This document shows, piece after piece, positions 13,696 through 27,432 of a DNA stretch of 64,000 bases; the first letter of the stretch is position 1, and every line of letters starts with the position of its first letter. Source of the stretch: Acanthaster planci. Lineage: Eukaryota. The DNA is taken from contig NW_019091357.1 of assembly GCF_001949145.1 (NCBI RefSeq), positions 1,295,210 to 1,359,209 on the forward strand, written 5' to 3'. A model generated the notes under the pieces. That model saw nothing but the letters and a program-made list of their open reading frames with translations, was not told where the DNA came from and did no database searches. The position numbers and the translations under genes are program-made.

Positions 13696-16313
13696 GTGAG
13701 TACTATGCACATGACACATGCCTGCCATCCTTCAGAATAATTTTAGTCCTTCTGAAATTTGATTTGATCTCACTTATTTCACTTTACCTTGTTGACAGTA
13801 TGAACACTATCGAAAATTTGCTTCACGCACCCAGTTATAAGAACTTGTTGATTGTTTAAAATACTTTGTGTTAGGTTGTGAGATTCGGGAGGTGAGATCC
13901 TTGATTTTTTCATAGTGTTACAGTCAACGGCATGCCAGCTGTTAACAGGTGCATATCCCAGGCCAAGAGATTTGGTCTGCATGCATTGAAGAGCATGACG
14001 CAGTTTGTTTAGTTGGGCACCTCTTGTCGCTGTGCACACGGCAGCCATTTGTCAGACACGGTCAAAGATCAAAGATCCATACCTTGATCACAACAAACAG
14101 CACCGTCGGGTGTGTTTGGAAACTCCGTTCAGCTGAACAGCTATTGATGGCTGTTTGTCACAAACTTGGGTGGGTCATAAATGCAAAGAAACTGATAGCA
14201 ATAGAGCGGTGTTAAAAATCTTCTTGCCAGTTGTAAAATGTACCTTCGTAAAAAAAAAAGAGCTGCATAACAAATGTAATACATCTAAAAGATAACGCCT
14301 TCTATGGGGTTATATAAATAGCATTTGAACAAGCAATCGATTACTCAAAGGTAAAGATAGGCCTAAGTTATATTATTTTGTTATGCAGAAATACAGTTGC
14401 ATCAAAATGCCTTTTTTGGTAAAACTGAGCATCAACTCCAGCTTACTGCATTGCATGAAGACTTAAAAAAGGTCTGAAAGTATTGTTGAAAATTTAGGCC
14501 ATATGTCTGAAGTAGAGGTGAGGTGCAAATTCTGAAATTGGTGTTGATGACAACAAAATGACCCCCCCCCATTTTACAATATAAAACTGACACATTATAC
14601 TAACACCAAGACCCGAATTTACAGGATAATGCAGGAACCCTCAGGTAGATAGAAAATATGGGAGAGTAGATGACATTTACAAGGAAGCAGTTTCCAATCG
14701 TGTTCCCTGAAGTACATCTCATTTAGGGTAATTTGTTAAATGGGATGTCCCAACATGTCACTTAAAACGTTTAAACACAATCATTCATAAATTTTCTCAG
14801 TGTAAGCCTGCATTAATTTGTAATGAATTTTTATTTAATTCCTTTTTCGAAATTAAAAATTAACCTCACTTAGTCCAATATGGCCGAGTTGCAAATGAAG
14901 TTTTTTTGCCGTTATATGTACTGGGAATGCAAATGCTGGCCACTCGAATCCAGTGAGGAAATTCGAGAAATATTCAAAGTGGCCCCGAACAATAAGCTCT
15001 GCCAAAAATCTCTCTCGGTCCACGGAGAATCACTCGGTGAAAATTTTGTAGAAGTTCCACATTTTAAAAAGAAATACCCGTATCCATATATTTTTTCTGA
15101 TTTTGTCGGGAAAAGGTGCGCATCTAATTGACGATTTCTGAAAAGCACAACCTGCAAGGTGGGTTACGAAATATGTATCTTGAAACCATTGAAGTTCTGT
15201 TGGGATGAATTATATTCAAACTATTGAAAAAAGAGTTTCGGGTCAATCACTCACGTGCTTGCTCCTAAAGGGAAGTGGCGGGATAATTTTTGCATTTCCG
15301 TTTCCTCATCGTGAGCTGCTGGCCTGTGTAAGGTGACAAGTCCCGCGGTCTCACATGGACGAGTTTTGCTCCGTGCTATGCCATCATCGGGGACCTGATG
15401 TTATTCCCGGATTGCGTAACTGTACCTCTAACAGTCACGTTCTGAAGCCCATAAGACTTTGACGAAAGTCTTATATTTAGAAATTGCCTATGCGGCGTTA
15501 AGTAAAGGGGGTGCAAGGTCACATGAATAATTTCGAGTAGCCACCTATTCCCTTTGCCATAAATGCCCGGAATGACTTGCAAAATCCTATCACAAACACA
15601 CTGCTATCAAATTTATTGTGTACCATAACGCCCAAAATCAAAACACCACAATGGCAAACTTATGTACACGTATACAACTTTTTGTTCGTAGAAATTACTT
15701 GCTTGGGTGCTGTCGCCCACACGGTGAACTTAGGGTTATGACTTTCTATAGAATAACAATATATTTACTTAAATTATCCTCAATTTGCGTCAGGAAAGCC
15801 GGAACGTCCGTGTTCTTCTCATGTTTATGACAATCCATTTGAAAATACTCGGGTTTTTCCAAGAAGCACAAACCTGGCCTGGAAACCAAATCTTGCTTTG
15901 AAAAGAATTTGCTAAAGCTGAAGTATTAAGAGGTAATTTACCCACAAAGCATCACGTTTCTATTTTCATTTGGTAGTTCACGGCACTTGCTACTTCATGA
16001 ATTGTATCGTGCAGTTTCAGACGACAGAATACTAGGAAATTTATTTTTGGTTACTTGTGTGGTTACCTCATAGTTGAGGTGACCCACTGAATGAACCAGT
16101 CCACCGTCTTGTTATTATTGCACATAAATAACTGCATGAATACGCGGTACACCACCCCATTGAATGTGTGTGTGCACTGGTGGGTGATGTTTCGGTTATT
16201 ATTCAAACTGGCCGTTGTACCAACCTTACGCACAAGTGGTTCTGTGTTAGTTACAAAAGCTATCCAAGGTTTTTCCAGGGGCCCAATAAATTGCCTTTTA
16301 TAGGGGAGTCTCA

Positions 16314-16325
16314 GGGGAATTTCCC
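16314..16325. promoter_or_regulatory. Intronic NF-kB site in IL-17 gene 1
   Basis: GGGGAATTTCCC matches the Rel consensus GGGRNWYYCC; a second kB-like GGGGAGTCTC lies at 16303-16312. Confidence 0.45.
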
Positions 16326-16686
16326 TTGGTCGTTTTAGATATGGCATGGCACAAAGTTTAGAAATAATACAGCTAAAACGTCTGAAAATTGCAGGAACTG
16401 CGCACTATTTGCGGATTAAAAATCAGCGATCAATTGTGCTTCCTACTCGAGGCTTGAAAGACTTTTTGTCAATTTAACTAATTCCATGAAATTTGAGAGA
16501 TAGGATATCGATTCTAGTCAAACTAGATGGTTGGAAATAAGGTGGAAATTAACTGGTAGGTTTCCACATGCAGTAAAACCTCTGTCGTCATAGTAGGCTA
16601 ATAGTTCGTGGTAATTCATTTATGGGAGGTAGAGTTTATTTTGGGTAATAATCTGCATTCTTGTTCCTGGTTTTCCCAACGCACAG

Positions 16687-17187
16687 GTAATCAAGTGCTT
16701 CTTTGGACTTTTCCTGACACTCGTCTTGCATGCCAGCCGGGTGCAGGCCAAGAGCATCCCTGGTTTGAGCGGGACCTGTATGTCGCCCATTTCCATGGCA
16801 TATCTATACCCGTCAACCAACACGCTGGCCCTGCACCCCATGCAGGAACCGCCATACCAGGACGACTCCAACCCCCCTCAGGCAACCTGCCCGGCCACTG
16901 TGGATGTCAACGATCCCCTCTCCAGGCGCTCCACCTGCCCCTTCGAGTACATCACCAACTTCGAGCGGGAGCGCATCCCAGCAGCTATCCAGGAGGCCCG
17001 CTGCCTGTGCGACGGTTGCTTGGACCCGTATACTGGTGAGCAATCCCCGGACCTGACCTGCCAGCCGATCAGGTACTCCATGCAGGTTCTGCGCAAGAGC
17101 ACAACAAGTCCCATCAACGGATTCGAGATGTACTCCCTGTCTCAGGAGGAGATCACCGTGGGTTGTGCATGCTCTCGACTCGTTTAA
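16687..17187 (+). CDS. IL17: IL-17 gene 1, exon 2: secreted interleukin-17-family cytokine (CDS join 13684-13695,16687-17187; 170 aa)
   Basis: Polypyrimidine tract + CAG acceptor; signal peptide VIKCFFGLFLTLVLHASRVQA; IL-17 motifs RSTCPF...ERIPAAIQEARCLCDGC...CQPIRYSMQVLRK...EEITVGCAC. Confidence 0.95.
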   Translation, partial: VIKCFFGLFLTLVLHASRVQAKSIPGLSGTCMSPISMAYLYPSTNTLALHPMQEPPYQDDSNPPQATCPATVDVNDPLSRRSTCPFEYITNFERERIPAAIQEARCLCDGCLDPYTGEQSPDLTCQPIRYSMQVLRKSTTSPINGFEMYSLSQEEITVGCACSRLV

Positions 17188-17274
17188 ATAAGATTGCTAA
17201 GTTCGTCGCTCTGGAAGTCTTTCTGGTCCTGCAATGTGTAATGATATGTTTCATACGGTCAAGAATCCGTGGCT

Positions 17275-17361
17275 AATTTATATTTAGACATTTAGATATT
17301 TATAAAACTATTACTGTCTGTGAGCTTGAATTAAATTATTGTATTTATATTATTTATTTAA
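17275..17361 (+). promoter_or_regulatory. AU-rich element cluster in the 3' UTR of IL-17 gene 1
   Basis: Repeated ATTTA pentamers including TTATTTATTTA within 180 nt of the stop codon. Confidence 0.55.
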
Positions 17362-18599
17362 ATTAAATCTCTGCAGCAAAAGAAAAACAGCAGCTTAAGA
17401 AAAAATGGAGACGAAGGAACGAAGAAGTGCGGATTTCAGAGTATTATCCACGTTTATAGTGTAATATAAGTTATACTGTGTGTTTACTCCCTCTGAGAAT
17501 GGGCTTGGCAGGGAAAACAGGGGGCAATGATTACTCATCCTTAAAAAATGAAGGAAGACGTGATGAAACAAACTGAAAAGAAAGGAAAGGTGGCGAAAAT
17601 TTCCACATTTCTCGAAAATACCTGGGAATTGACCCTCCATCCTCTGTTGTTGGTTTATCAATTTGAAGATGATGAGTAATTTGCCCCCCCCCCGCTCTTC
17701 GAAAGAGCTTAAGCCTCTTCCGGGCAACTCCCCCTGCCTACAAGCACATATTTTAATGTGCTTCATTTTCGACTTAAAACCAACAGCATGTGCTGATTCA
17801 GTGAAGTAGTTCCGTTATATGGAACGCAAAAATGAAATGACTTGTGAAAGTTTTTGCTAGTATTTTTCCAGAGGTATTTATTGTGACATGCAAAACAGTT
17901 GATTGGTCCTTAAATTATATTTATGCTATTTATAGAAAAGTATATGGGATGCATGTACATGTAATGCCATAGTATATTTATTATAATATTCTAAATATTT
18001 GACCTGATATTTATAAGCCTTTATTGTTTGCGTACATCGCTGAGCGTGAGCTGTTAATAATAGAGGGGCGGGAGATGGGGTACTTCTCCGTTTTGGCCAA
18101 ATTAACAGTAATTGACACTTACATTTTGTGCGTGAATCTGGAGCGTGGCATGGATATGATTTATATGTGCAGTTTTTACACGGTAGGGGTATAATCTTGG
18201 CAACACTGTTCACCACAGTTTGTGACGTGTTTTAGTCATTTTGCATATTATTTTGTAAGGTATTTAAACTTTCAATTCTAATATCTTGAACTGGTACAAG
18301 AATTATACAAAAACAATAACATTTTGAAATGAACATTCCCTTCGGGAACAGATGTGAGTTTATAATTTGATCAAGTGGTCAAGAATCAAAATTGTATGAA
18401 TTAAAACTTATCATTGCACCATAATATTTTATAAAAAATCTATTTAAAAAAACAGTAGTTTTTATTTTAATTGTGCTAGAAATATCTTTATATTTGAAAT
18501 GCATTCTAGGTTCATTTCATATATTATTGTTCTTTCGTATATATTGTATTCATTTACTCAGATTACCAAAGAAGTATGGTGGACAAAATAAGCAGTCTG

Positions 18600-19020
18600 A
18601 AGTGCAGGGTATGTAGGAGTACCCAGACTTATGTTTATTCTGTACCGTAAACGGCATGTGTAAACCTGCTGCGCGGGTTTATTTAAATCAAATGCCAACA
18701 TCGATAGTTGTAAAGACGCAATATTTCTAAAGCACAAATTTGACGCCGATTGCAAAGTAATCCAGAATATTGTTTATGCTGAGCATACAGTCATAGATTG
18801 ACGTAGAAAAATGAACATTGTCAAATTGTCACTTCACATGAGGAGCTGTAGCCCATACTCCAGTACAGTTGAACTGTTTTTGACGACGGCTCTTATGGCT
18901 CTGATACTACGAACAAGTGTCTCCTTATTGATACCCAGAGTTCTATGCAATAAATTGAAGGTATGCGGATCTTTCTGTCAAATCTTGTTTGCTGGTATTT
19001 CTTTCTTTGTTTATAATTAA
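18600..19020 (-). mobile_element. Decayed CR1/L2-type LINE ORF2 remnant
   Basis: Broken RTLGI..RHL and VLEY-like segments typical of the post-RT region of CR1/L2 LINEs; many frameshifts. Confidence 0.4.
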
Positions 19021-20599
19021 ACTACCAGTAAACTATGCCACAGGTTGTGTGAAAATGCACCTCTTCAAAAAATTGAAGAAAAATGTCCGAGATCGTGCAG
19101 TGTAGAGCATTGTAACATTCACAAAAGTTACTTAATGTGTTCTCTTTCTGCTAGTCATAGGTCAAAGGGTTGTTTATTTGTTTTATTTATCTCTTATTTA
19201 CCCTGGGGAGACCTCTCAGTGAAAAACTGATGTCCAGAGATGCCTAGCAATTACAGTAAAATCCAATAAAAACAACAATTCAAAAAAAATGTAAGAGTAT
19301 AACAACCAGTTAAATAAATATGCTAAAAACACACAAAATATTAATGTACATTAGATGAACATTAAAAACAGTAAATTTCTTTTACACCCATACACACAAC
19401 CATTAAAAAGGAAAAGCTTTGTAACTGTTTTTGAACTACATTACTACATTACAGTAGCAGGCAGTGGACATCTGAGACACGAACACAGGACACTGAATGT
19501 GTAAGCTCCGTGAACAACAAATATTCACTTTTACCTGAATTCGAGTTACTGAAAGGACTAACAAAGTTACCTTGGGAAACTGACCGAGTATTATATTAAT
19601 TTGCATCAAAGGTGTGAAAGAAACAGTTGCATAGTTGCAGTGGTAATGACATGGTAAGACTTTTGAAGACCAATATATTTAAATGAAACCTTAAAGGTGA
19701 ATGATCGGTGTGTCATTAACGACTGGGGATTCACATCCAAACGTAAGCGAAAAAAAGAGATGGAAGAAGAGTTATCCCTTTTAAACTACTTTTAAGCATA
19801 AGAGAAGGCTATAATAATTTCTTCCCCATGGTTTTTGTCAACCGTAAAATTCTGAATGGTGTAGAGAACGATATGGACAAAACTGGACTCGATTTTTTTT
19901 CTGTCCCAAGACGTTCCTTACACCACAAGCCTTATTTTTCTCTCTTGTGACTGAAAATAGAAACATTCCGTTGAAAACTACAACTTCTATCGTCATAGCC
20001 CTAAACTTCAAAGTGAGTAATGCCTGACCACCCAATGAGGGATTCCCCCATAAAACCTGGCGTAGCCTTTGTAAGGCCACCATTGGGTGGACCTCCAACC
20101 ACTTGACCCGTGTAAAATAGCCACCTCCTGCAATTATGCTGAATAACAATTTTACGTCATCTGACGTCATCCTTAACATGGTGTTACTCGTGTATATGTT
20201 CAACAAGGAATTATAAGTTTATCGCTATAATATGGTACCTTAATCATGTGATTTGCACGTTTGAAGCTGCCTTAATAAGAGAAAGAAATCTAGGGCATTT
20301 TTTCAATACTTGAAAAACAAAAGTTAATTCCACCTTCCCCAGAATAAGAGAAAAACGCGTCATTGATACACCAGTAGTTGTGATACTTTGAACTAAAAAC
20401 GAATAACTTGTACTTTTAAAAAGAGCAAAGGGGAGAAACACGAAAAGTAACTACCAGGTGTTGGTCAACAGGGCCTGTGTCAATGACAGATGGCTGTGCC
20501 AACCCCCATCACAAATATTCATGTATACGCCCACCATATAATAACAAGAAAGTACAGTGTGGGAACACTGATTTTGAACACTTCTCGAAAACCTCATCC

Positions 20600-20830
20600 A
20601 AAAAAGAACTGGTTGAGAAATTTGCTCTGTGTTATTAAAAAGGTAAATGGGAACGTCAAGTGTCTCTCGGCAAAATTGATCTCATGTGAGATGCTGAAGA
20701 TTCTAGATCACAGTCTTGAACTGTCACGTGATTTTCATTGTAATGGAAGCCGATTCCAAGTTGGAAACACTCTCTGCAGGTTCACCAGTGAGGCGAGGCG
20801 GATGCGTTAGCTATAATTTATTCTAATGAA
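20600..20830 (-). mobile_element. LINE 3' end remnant
   Basis: RVFPTWNRLP motif (WN.LP signature of the CR1/L2 ORF2 C-terminus). Confidence 0.4.
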
Positions 20831-23800
20831 CATCGATGCCATTCATATTCGGTACTCACAAAATTTATGTAAGCCGTCCAGATAAAAAGAAGGAAGCAGA
20901 ATGCTTATGTGTGGAAAGGCCATTCAATTACAAAGCACGTGTACAACAGCTGTCCACCACACCCACGTGGAGGTTATAAGGAAATTTTTTTGGGGGGGGG
21001 TTAAAATGCCCAGAAGTCACCTGGTACGGTGCCACCACAGCCGTGTTGGCACCTGATCTGCAGGAGCACCTATGCCTGCTGAAGGTCACACTGCTCAATC
21101 GGCAATGTACAACTGAAGATTTCAACCTCTTTGCTGATGAAAGTCCTCGCTTTAATGGCTGGACTCGGGGGGGGGGGTTAAATAAAATATTATCATTTCT
21201 TTATTAGGTATCAAAGTCTTAACGTAGCCACCCACTCCCTCTTTCTGTCGGTGCGTTTTTTGCCAGAGAGGACCCAAAGGCTGGTTGGGGGGGGGGGAGT
21301 AGTTTTCGGTTGTTGTTATCTGTCAAAGTTCACGCAACTAACATTCACATTGGTGATGAATTCCTCATTAGGGCTCGCGCTTGACGGTGAAACGGGTTAT
21401 GCAAGCATGCAGTCCTATGCATTGATGTCTTGGCTGTGGCAAGCAATTGTATTAGTATCAATGAGAAGTATCTGTGGTCAAGAACCACTGCCTTCCATCG
21501 ACATCAGTACCACTAGAAGGTCACAGCTTTTCTATCGCCACATAATGAATTATATACATGTATCCCCTGCCACAATCGGACACCTGTTTCCCCCAGCGCC
21601 TGGAGAGTACGTTGGAAGATTCAGGACTGTTTGGGTTAATGTTTTACTTCTCGAGTTCCCTCTGTGAAGGAAACAAGGAACAAAATGGATATAATATCGC
21701 AGGAAATAAATTTATGAAATTTCCAGTCTTCCAACTTTTCCATGTTCGATGTTCCAGTCAGGAAGTCCGCCTTTTGTAAGCCACACCTAAACAGTTCCAC
21801 ATGTTCAGTATTGTTCTTGAAGTAAGCTGACGTCAGTGTGACGTCATTCCCAAGGTACTAATTTAATAGGACCCTGGCAAAAAAGGAAAGTCTTTCTGCC
21901 AAAGAAACAAGTTGGTCTTGAAAGGTTCTTTTTTTGTCAATACAATTAATACGTAATTGTAACGACACGTGTACCTCTTACGCTACGGTTTTTCCTCTTC
22001 TTCATTTAGACAGATTGTGGAACACTTGCTGAAATTAATGGTCCATGATTTGGTACGTTTCCTGGATTTTATTTAATTTCAACAGCTGAAATCCCGAAGT
22101 GTATTTTCATCTCAACCGCCAATTCCTTTTTGGGAGGGGGGGGCTTGCTTAAAGTTACTGACTTCATTTTTCTAAAAACAAAAAAAAAATATTTTGATGA
22201 GAGAGTGATTTGGTCAACAGTTCGTTTTAGGAAAGCCACTTTAGATACAATTATTTGTTTTCGGATGGATTTTCACTTTTAGCCCCAAAGGTACCACAAA
22301 ATTGACACACTAGTTCCCAGGAACTATCGGTAATTTGTCAGTTTCCAGGACCTCGGGAAGGTAAAACACGACTATTCACCAGAAATAAAATCTTGTATTT
22401 TGTTTAATAATACCCTCGACATGTTATGTTGTTATAGGAAAAGGCCTGCACGTGTACCATTTTGGGGGAAGGGGCGGAATGTGTTAGTGGTAATTATCCA
22501 TATTGTTGTTAGCTATCGGGAGATGGGCGTCTCAGACTTTTCCCGGCACGTGCTTAAACTTATCAGTTATGTTGTCGCTATTATTAACAATGAATACATT
22601 GGGTGTTGATATTTGTTAATATTTAATATTCGTGTCATGTTCTGCTTTTTACACTTGAATAGCCGATAGGATTGTTGCTGCGTCCTGATGACGTAAATGA
22701 TGTTATCTTTCTATCTGGCACGCGGAACCCAGATTTCACCTCACACGGTTGGCAAGACAACAAAAGCATTCATTGTTAGTAGTGAAATAAAAGTGACAAA
22801 ATTGAGAAACCAAAATAATTCACTTTTTTCTCGGTTCAGCAATATCAGGCTCGTGTCTCTAAGTATGGCACATGACATGAACTCAACCGCCTTTCCCAGA
22901 AGGCATGTACAAATGAAAACTGTACTGCATTTTAGTATCAGGGACATCTGTACTATCACTGTCCGAATCCTGGTTTTAATTCCTGAGCCTGCTTTCTCGG
23001 ACTGAATTTCGGAAAATAGATCTTGGAAAGAGGGCTGACCTCAGTGTTAACTCTCGGTCTGAGTTAGAAACAGGACCGATTATAGCATTTAAAGCAAATG
23101 CATTGACAAATTACAATTTCCGAGTGGAAAGAGCGAACCTGGTTATATATTTTGCAGTAACTAATTTTCAAGTGGCCATTACGGAGATAACACTTGCCTT
23201 GCATCTGTTGACATTTATCATGCTTCGCTTTCGAGACTGTTGGGAGTTCCCTTTGCTACATGTTAATAAAATGATGTAAGCCGTGGTGACACAGCAATCT
23301 GTATTGCCGGCGTGTCATCCAGGGTTACCCCGACCCGAGCCCGACGGCGTCATTATTTAAAGAATCTATTTTGCGTCAAGCAAGCTCGAAAGAATTATTG
23401 TTGCATGGTGTACATTGTGTTTCCAACCGATACAGATAGCTTGGGTGTAGTAAAAACCAAAAGAAAGCAGTAGGCCTTCTAATGTAGTCATGTTGAGCAC
23501 AGAACCCCAAACCGCAAACTTTGGCATAATGGAGGTTTTTATATCAGTCCTCGATCGTGTGTGGCCTGTCCTCTCAGGCAAAGTGATGTGTGCAGTCATA
23601 CCTTGTAATCTTGTAAACGTAGTTTGTTGTTTTGTTTGTTTTGACTCTGTTTGTTTGGTTGTTATTTGTTCCGTTTCTGCTAGGAATGAACTTTACCCTC
23701 AAAACTACGTCTGTGTTGACTTTACTGACAGACCAAATACCGAATGTACCTGTTGTATCTTTATTTTCATAAGTGGTACCAGTCAGTGTTCTCAGATACC

Positions 23801-24919
23801 TAAATACAAAAGGGATATGGCGATGGACAAAACGGAAGATGTGTATCACATTTTCTTCATTGAACAAGCTTGTTTAAAGGCTAATCTATATTGATGACGT
23901 CTGAAATCTCACATGATCAATGAAACTTGATGGGGGGAGGGTGGCTCATAGTGCCTCGTTCAAGACATTTCCCTCTTGGCGAGCTAATGTTTCCGTCTCA
24001 ACAGCAACGCTAAACGGTCGTTTGTTGGTAGGGTCTAGCAATTTTAACTCGATATTAGCGATGAAAGCAATTGTCTAAGGCGCTTGCAACTGAATGGAGT
24101 CAGCTGTAGGCTTTATACGCCTCAGTCACCTCAAATCATGCTCCCTGAATCTATCTTATTTATTGAACACTCTTGAATGGGAAGGTGCCAGGCTATTTTG
24201 GTACGGTCACAGGTTTCGCCTCGCTTTGGAAATTGGTTGTCATGCTGTGGCCCTTTACATACTTTATAACTGCCCATCGGGGTACAAACCCGATAATCTA
24301 TGATCTACCCTCCATTGCATCATCTGCGCTTCCACACAATGTAAACGTTTTGAACATTTTCACTGGGATCACCTCACTTTCGAACCAAGACGGGGTAAAA
24401 TATCTTTACCGCCATGTGGTGTCCTGACTTCTACTCCTCGGTTTAGCAGATTGCCTCCAGGTTTCGAGGTTGCTGTTCTTGCAAAACTAAAGAAAGAAGA
24501 CTGGCAAATGACAATGGATAGAAATAGTTAGGTTTTAAGCATTAAAAAGAAATTGGTTTTTCCGATTTTTTCCCTACTGGAATATCACATTACCATTCAA
24601 GCAACCTAGATAAAAGGTTACACCTATCTCGGTGTCAGATATTGTTTCTGTTCTCCCCTGACGTCAGTGTGACGTCAATGGATGTCACTCAACCTTAAGT
24701 AAGTACCTGGAGTTTAGAGCGAGCTAGCCTTGATCAGTCCGTACCACCGACAAACTCAATGTGGAAGTGGTTGTATATTTCCTCTTTTGAACCCAGACAA
24801 CCAGAAAATCAAACTCGGCTTATGAACTCAATTACTAGCCCAAACTGCCAAATGCGCCTTTCAAATTATTACCCCTAATATATGGGGCCGAATTCGGCGA
24901 GCGCAGACAGATGCCATTA

Positions 24920-25067
24920 TAGAGCACCAAAGCGTGACGTAACTGTGAACCATAAGGTGCAGTGCAAACGAATGGAGTACGCGCGCGTGTTGGTTCACGC
25001 GCTGGTTCTCACGCTAATGCCTTTTACACACTAATTGTGCGCGTGACGTATTCACTTCAGTACTATA
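24920..25067. mobile_element. 148-bp MITE, copy 1
   Basis: Closely similar to 49060-49207 along its length (gtgcagtgcaaacgaat.gagtacgcgcgcgtgttggtt...gctaatgccttttacacactaattgtgcgcgtga); degenerate TIRs. Confidence 0.8.
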
Positions 25068-26126
25068 CACTGCGGTGGTACTATATGCGCGTTTTCATGG
25101 CTCTTCGACCAATAGGGTGATGGGACTTGCCAAACGCACGCGCGCGTCAATGTTCGCTAGTACCGCAGTTCTGGTGCATCCCCGGTTTAGACATAATGAT
25201 CTCTGTAGTCCACAAAGACTTACACATGGCAACATTTGTAAGTGCTAAGCACACAAAAAAGTGGTTTCTTTTGGCACCTCCAAACGTACAAAATAACAGT
25301 AAAAGAAAGTTATACTTTCTGAAATTCTTTATTGCTAATAAATAAATAAATACTACAAACTAGTTCTTTCAAAAATACTGGTATAACTCCAGTCTCATGA
25401 GGTATAAATTAAGTAAATAATAGTTGATGAAAGCAAATATTAGTGATTAAATATATAATTTAATGATTATATAACATATGATATATACTTTTATAATAAT
25501 ATTCCGTAATATAATATTTCTGAGTACATATGAAAGAACGTGACATAAAGCTGCACTGAGGTTAACCAAACCAATAACGAATAAAGGTATAAGATGAATA
25601 TTGATATATTCTCTGATTTGTAATAGTGAAATATGTTGAAATATAGCTGCAATGTTTTGAACGCATCCACGCACTACTTGGGGTGAATAACGTGTATTAC
25701 ACAATCCATCCCGTTTTGGATACTGAATAAATAGGATTATCAAGAAAAGTGCTTTTAAAAGAACCATTAAGAGTACCATGAAAGAATTCATGTTATATAC
25801 CACATTTCCTTTGGGAAGACATAATTTCACAAAGTGAATTACATATCATCTCTGTCACCACTCAGTGACTAGTTTAAACTTTTTGAAGCTTTTCATTCGT
25901 TTTATGCAGTAAGAAAAATCGCACGGTGAAAAAGTTTCAAACACTTAAAAGAAATATTAAATTTAATTTGCACGATTATCTAAAAAGGAGGAAAATCAGT
26001 CAATAACCATTTTCAGCCCAAATGATTTTGGAACAATTATAAATAAACAGATAAATAAATGCACATGAGGTATTAATCTACATGTAAAACTATTTCATTA
26101 TATTCTGAACTCAGTAGCTGACATTT

Positions 26127-26639
26127 TCAATCTGTTAATCCAATTATACCTGGAGCACGTATGGCGTGTGACACGGGACGCAAGCAGACACACGCTACAG
26201 TGACGCTCTCGACATCTTGGTACACGTCAGCAACGCCGTCTACGCAGTCCCGACGACGCATCACCGGCACGCTGTACATTACAGGGGTGCACTCCAAGTC
26301 GGGCTCGGGCTCGTTCGTGTAGGGATTCAAGCACCCTTCCTGTGCACAGCTGCACACGGCCTGAGTCAAGGTTGACGGGAACCGATCGGCGTCGTAGTCC
26401 GTCTCGTAGCGCCAGGGGCACGTGGCGGAGCGGCTCGTCGGCCAGTGGCTCTGTACTCGGTCGCCCGACGGGCACGTCTGGTTGGTTTCTGGGGCCTGGT
26501 GCGCAGCCTGAGGGAGGGTGCTGGTGTCTTGACCGAAAAGTGTGAGGGGGGAAGACGGGCAAACCTGGCTGCTACCGATCGGGTTAGCCACGGTGCCATA
26601 GACGATCAGTAAGGTAACGAGGAGGCTTAGTAGCGTCGC
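26127..26639 (-). CDS. IL17: IL-17 gene 2, exon 2: secreted interleukin-17-family cytokine (CDS join 27107-27105,26639-26127; 171 aa)
   Basis: Acceptor tttcctttgtcttgtatAG (26641-26640); signal peptide ATLLSLLVTLLIVYGTVA; RSATCPW...DYDADRFPSTLTQAVCSCAQEGCLNPYT...CTPVMYSVPVMRRRDC...ESVTVACVC. Confidence 0.95.
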   Translation of the reverse strand, partial: ATLLSLLVTLLIVYGTVANPIGSSQVCPSSPLTLFGQDTSTLPQAAHQAPETNQTCPSGDRVQSHWPTSRSATCPWRYETDYDADRFPSTLTQAVCSCAQEGCLNPYTNEPEPDLECTPVMYSVPVMRRRDCVDGVADVYQDVESVTVACVCLRPVSHAIRAPGIIGLTD

Positions 26640-27104
26640 CTATACAAGACAAAGGAAATACTGTCTTTGAGAAGAGCCTCAAACACGTCTGATCACGTGA
26701 TCAAGGCTTATATTGGTAGTTGGTGAATATCAAATGTGCACACTGCCTCCGTTCATGTAATGGCTCTAGGCTGCCGATAATCTAACGCGAAAAATCAAAA
26801 GTATTCCTTTTACGTGCCTGGGATTTACTAATGTCATGTAAAAATATTGACCGATTTTGAGTAGGACAACTATGAACACCGTATCTCAGCCGTGTCAGGC
26901 AGGAAAACTCACTTGTTGAGCAGTATGGAATTTGACTTTTTAAACTCAAATTAGATATTGACAAAAGTATCTGGATAATCATTCCTTGATCGGGGATGAT
27001 TAAAAGTAGCCGAATTTTGGATTGAAGAAGAAGACCTGAACTGATGCTTAAATTCAAATAAAATGTTAGGATACTCTCCACTGCTCTAGAGAGGGAGAAC
27101 TTAC

Positions 27105-27107
27105 CAT
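27105..27107 (-). CDS. IL17: IL-17 gene 2, coding exon 1 (ATG only)
   Basis: AAG ATG|GTAAGT consensus donor, about 195 nt downstream of TATAAATA (27308-27301); phase 0 matches exon 2. Confidence 0.75.
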
Positions 27108-27300
27108 CTTGGATTCTTTGTGTCGCAAACAATTGATTTCGCCTGTTGGGCAGCTAACTGTACTTATTGAGTTGGCAAATCGTTGATACTTTTGACCAAT
27201 TTTGACGTAATCTCTTATCTGGCAGAAAGGCCGCTGTCGGACAGTTTTTACTCAGCTCTCAGTGAAACAAACGTATTAATTATTCACCGAAGGGCAGCTG

Positions 27301-27432
27301 TATTTATAAGTTCAGAAGAACAAATAAATCTAGAAGTGACATTATGAAAATTACGGCATACACGGACCTTCAGGCATCATCGTTTGTATTCAAACAATAC
27401 ACAATTGTATTATTTACCCTAAGGATTTCCCC
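27301..27432 (-). promoter_or_regulatory. Promoter of IL-17 gene 2: TATA and NF-kB
   Basis: TATAAATA at 27308-27301 and GGGGAAATCC at 27432-27423 on the minus strand. Confidence 0.6.
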
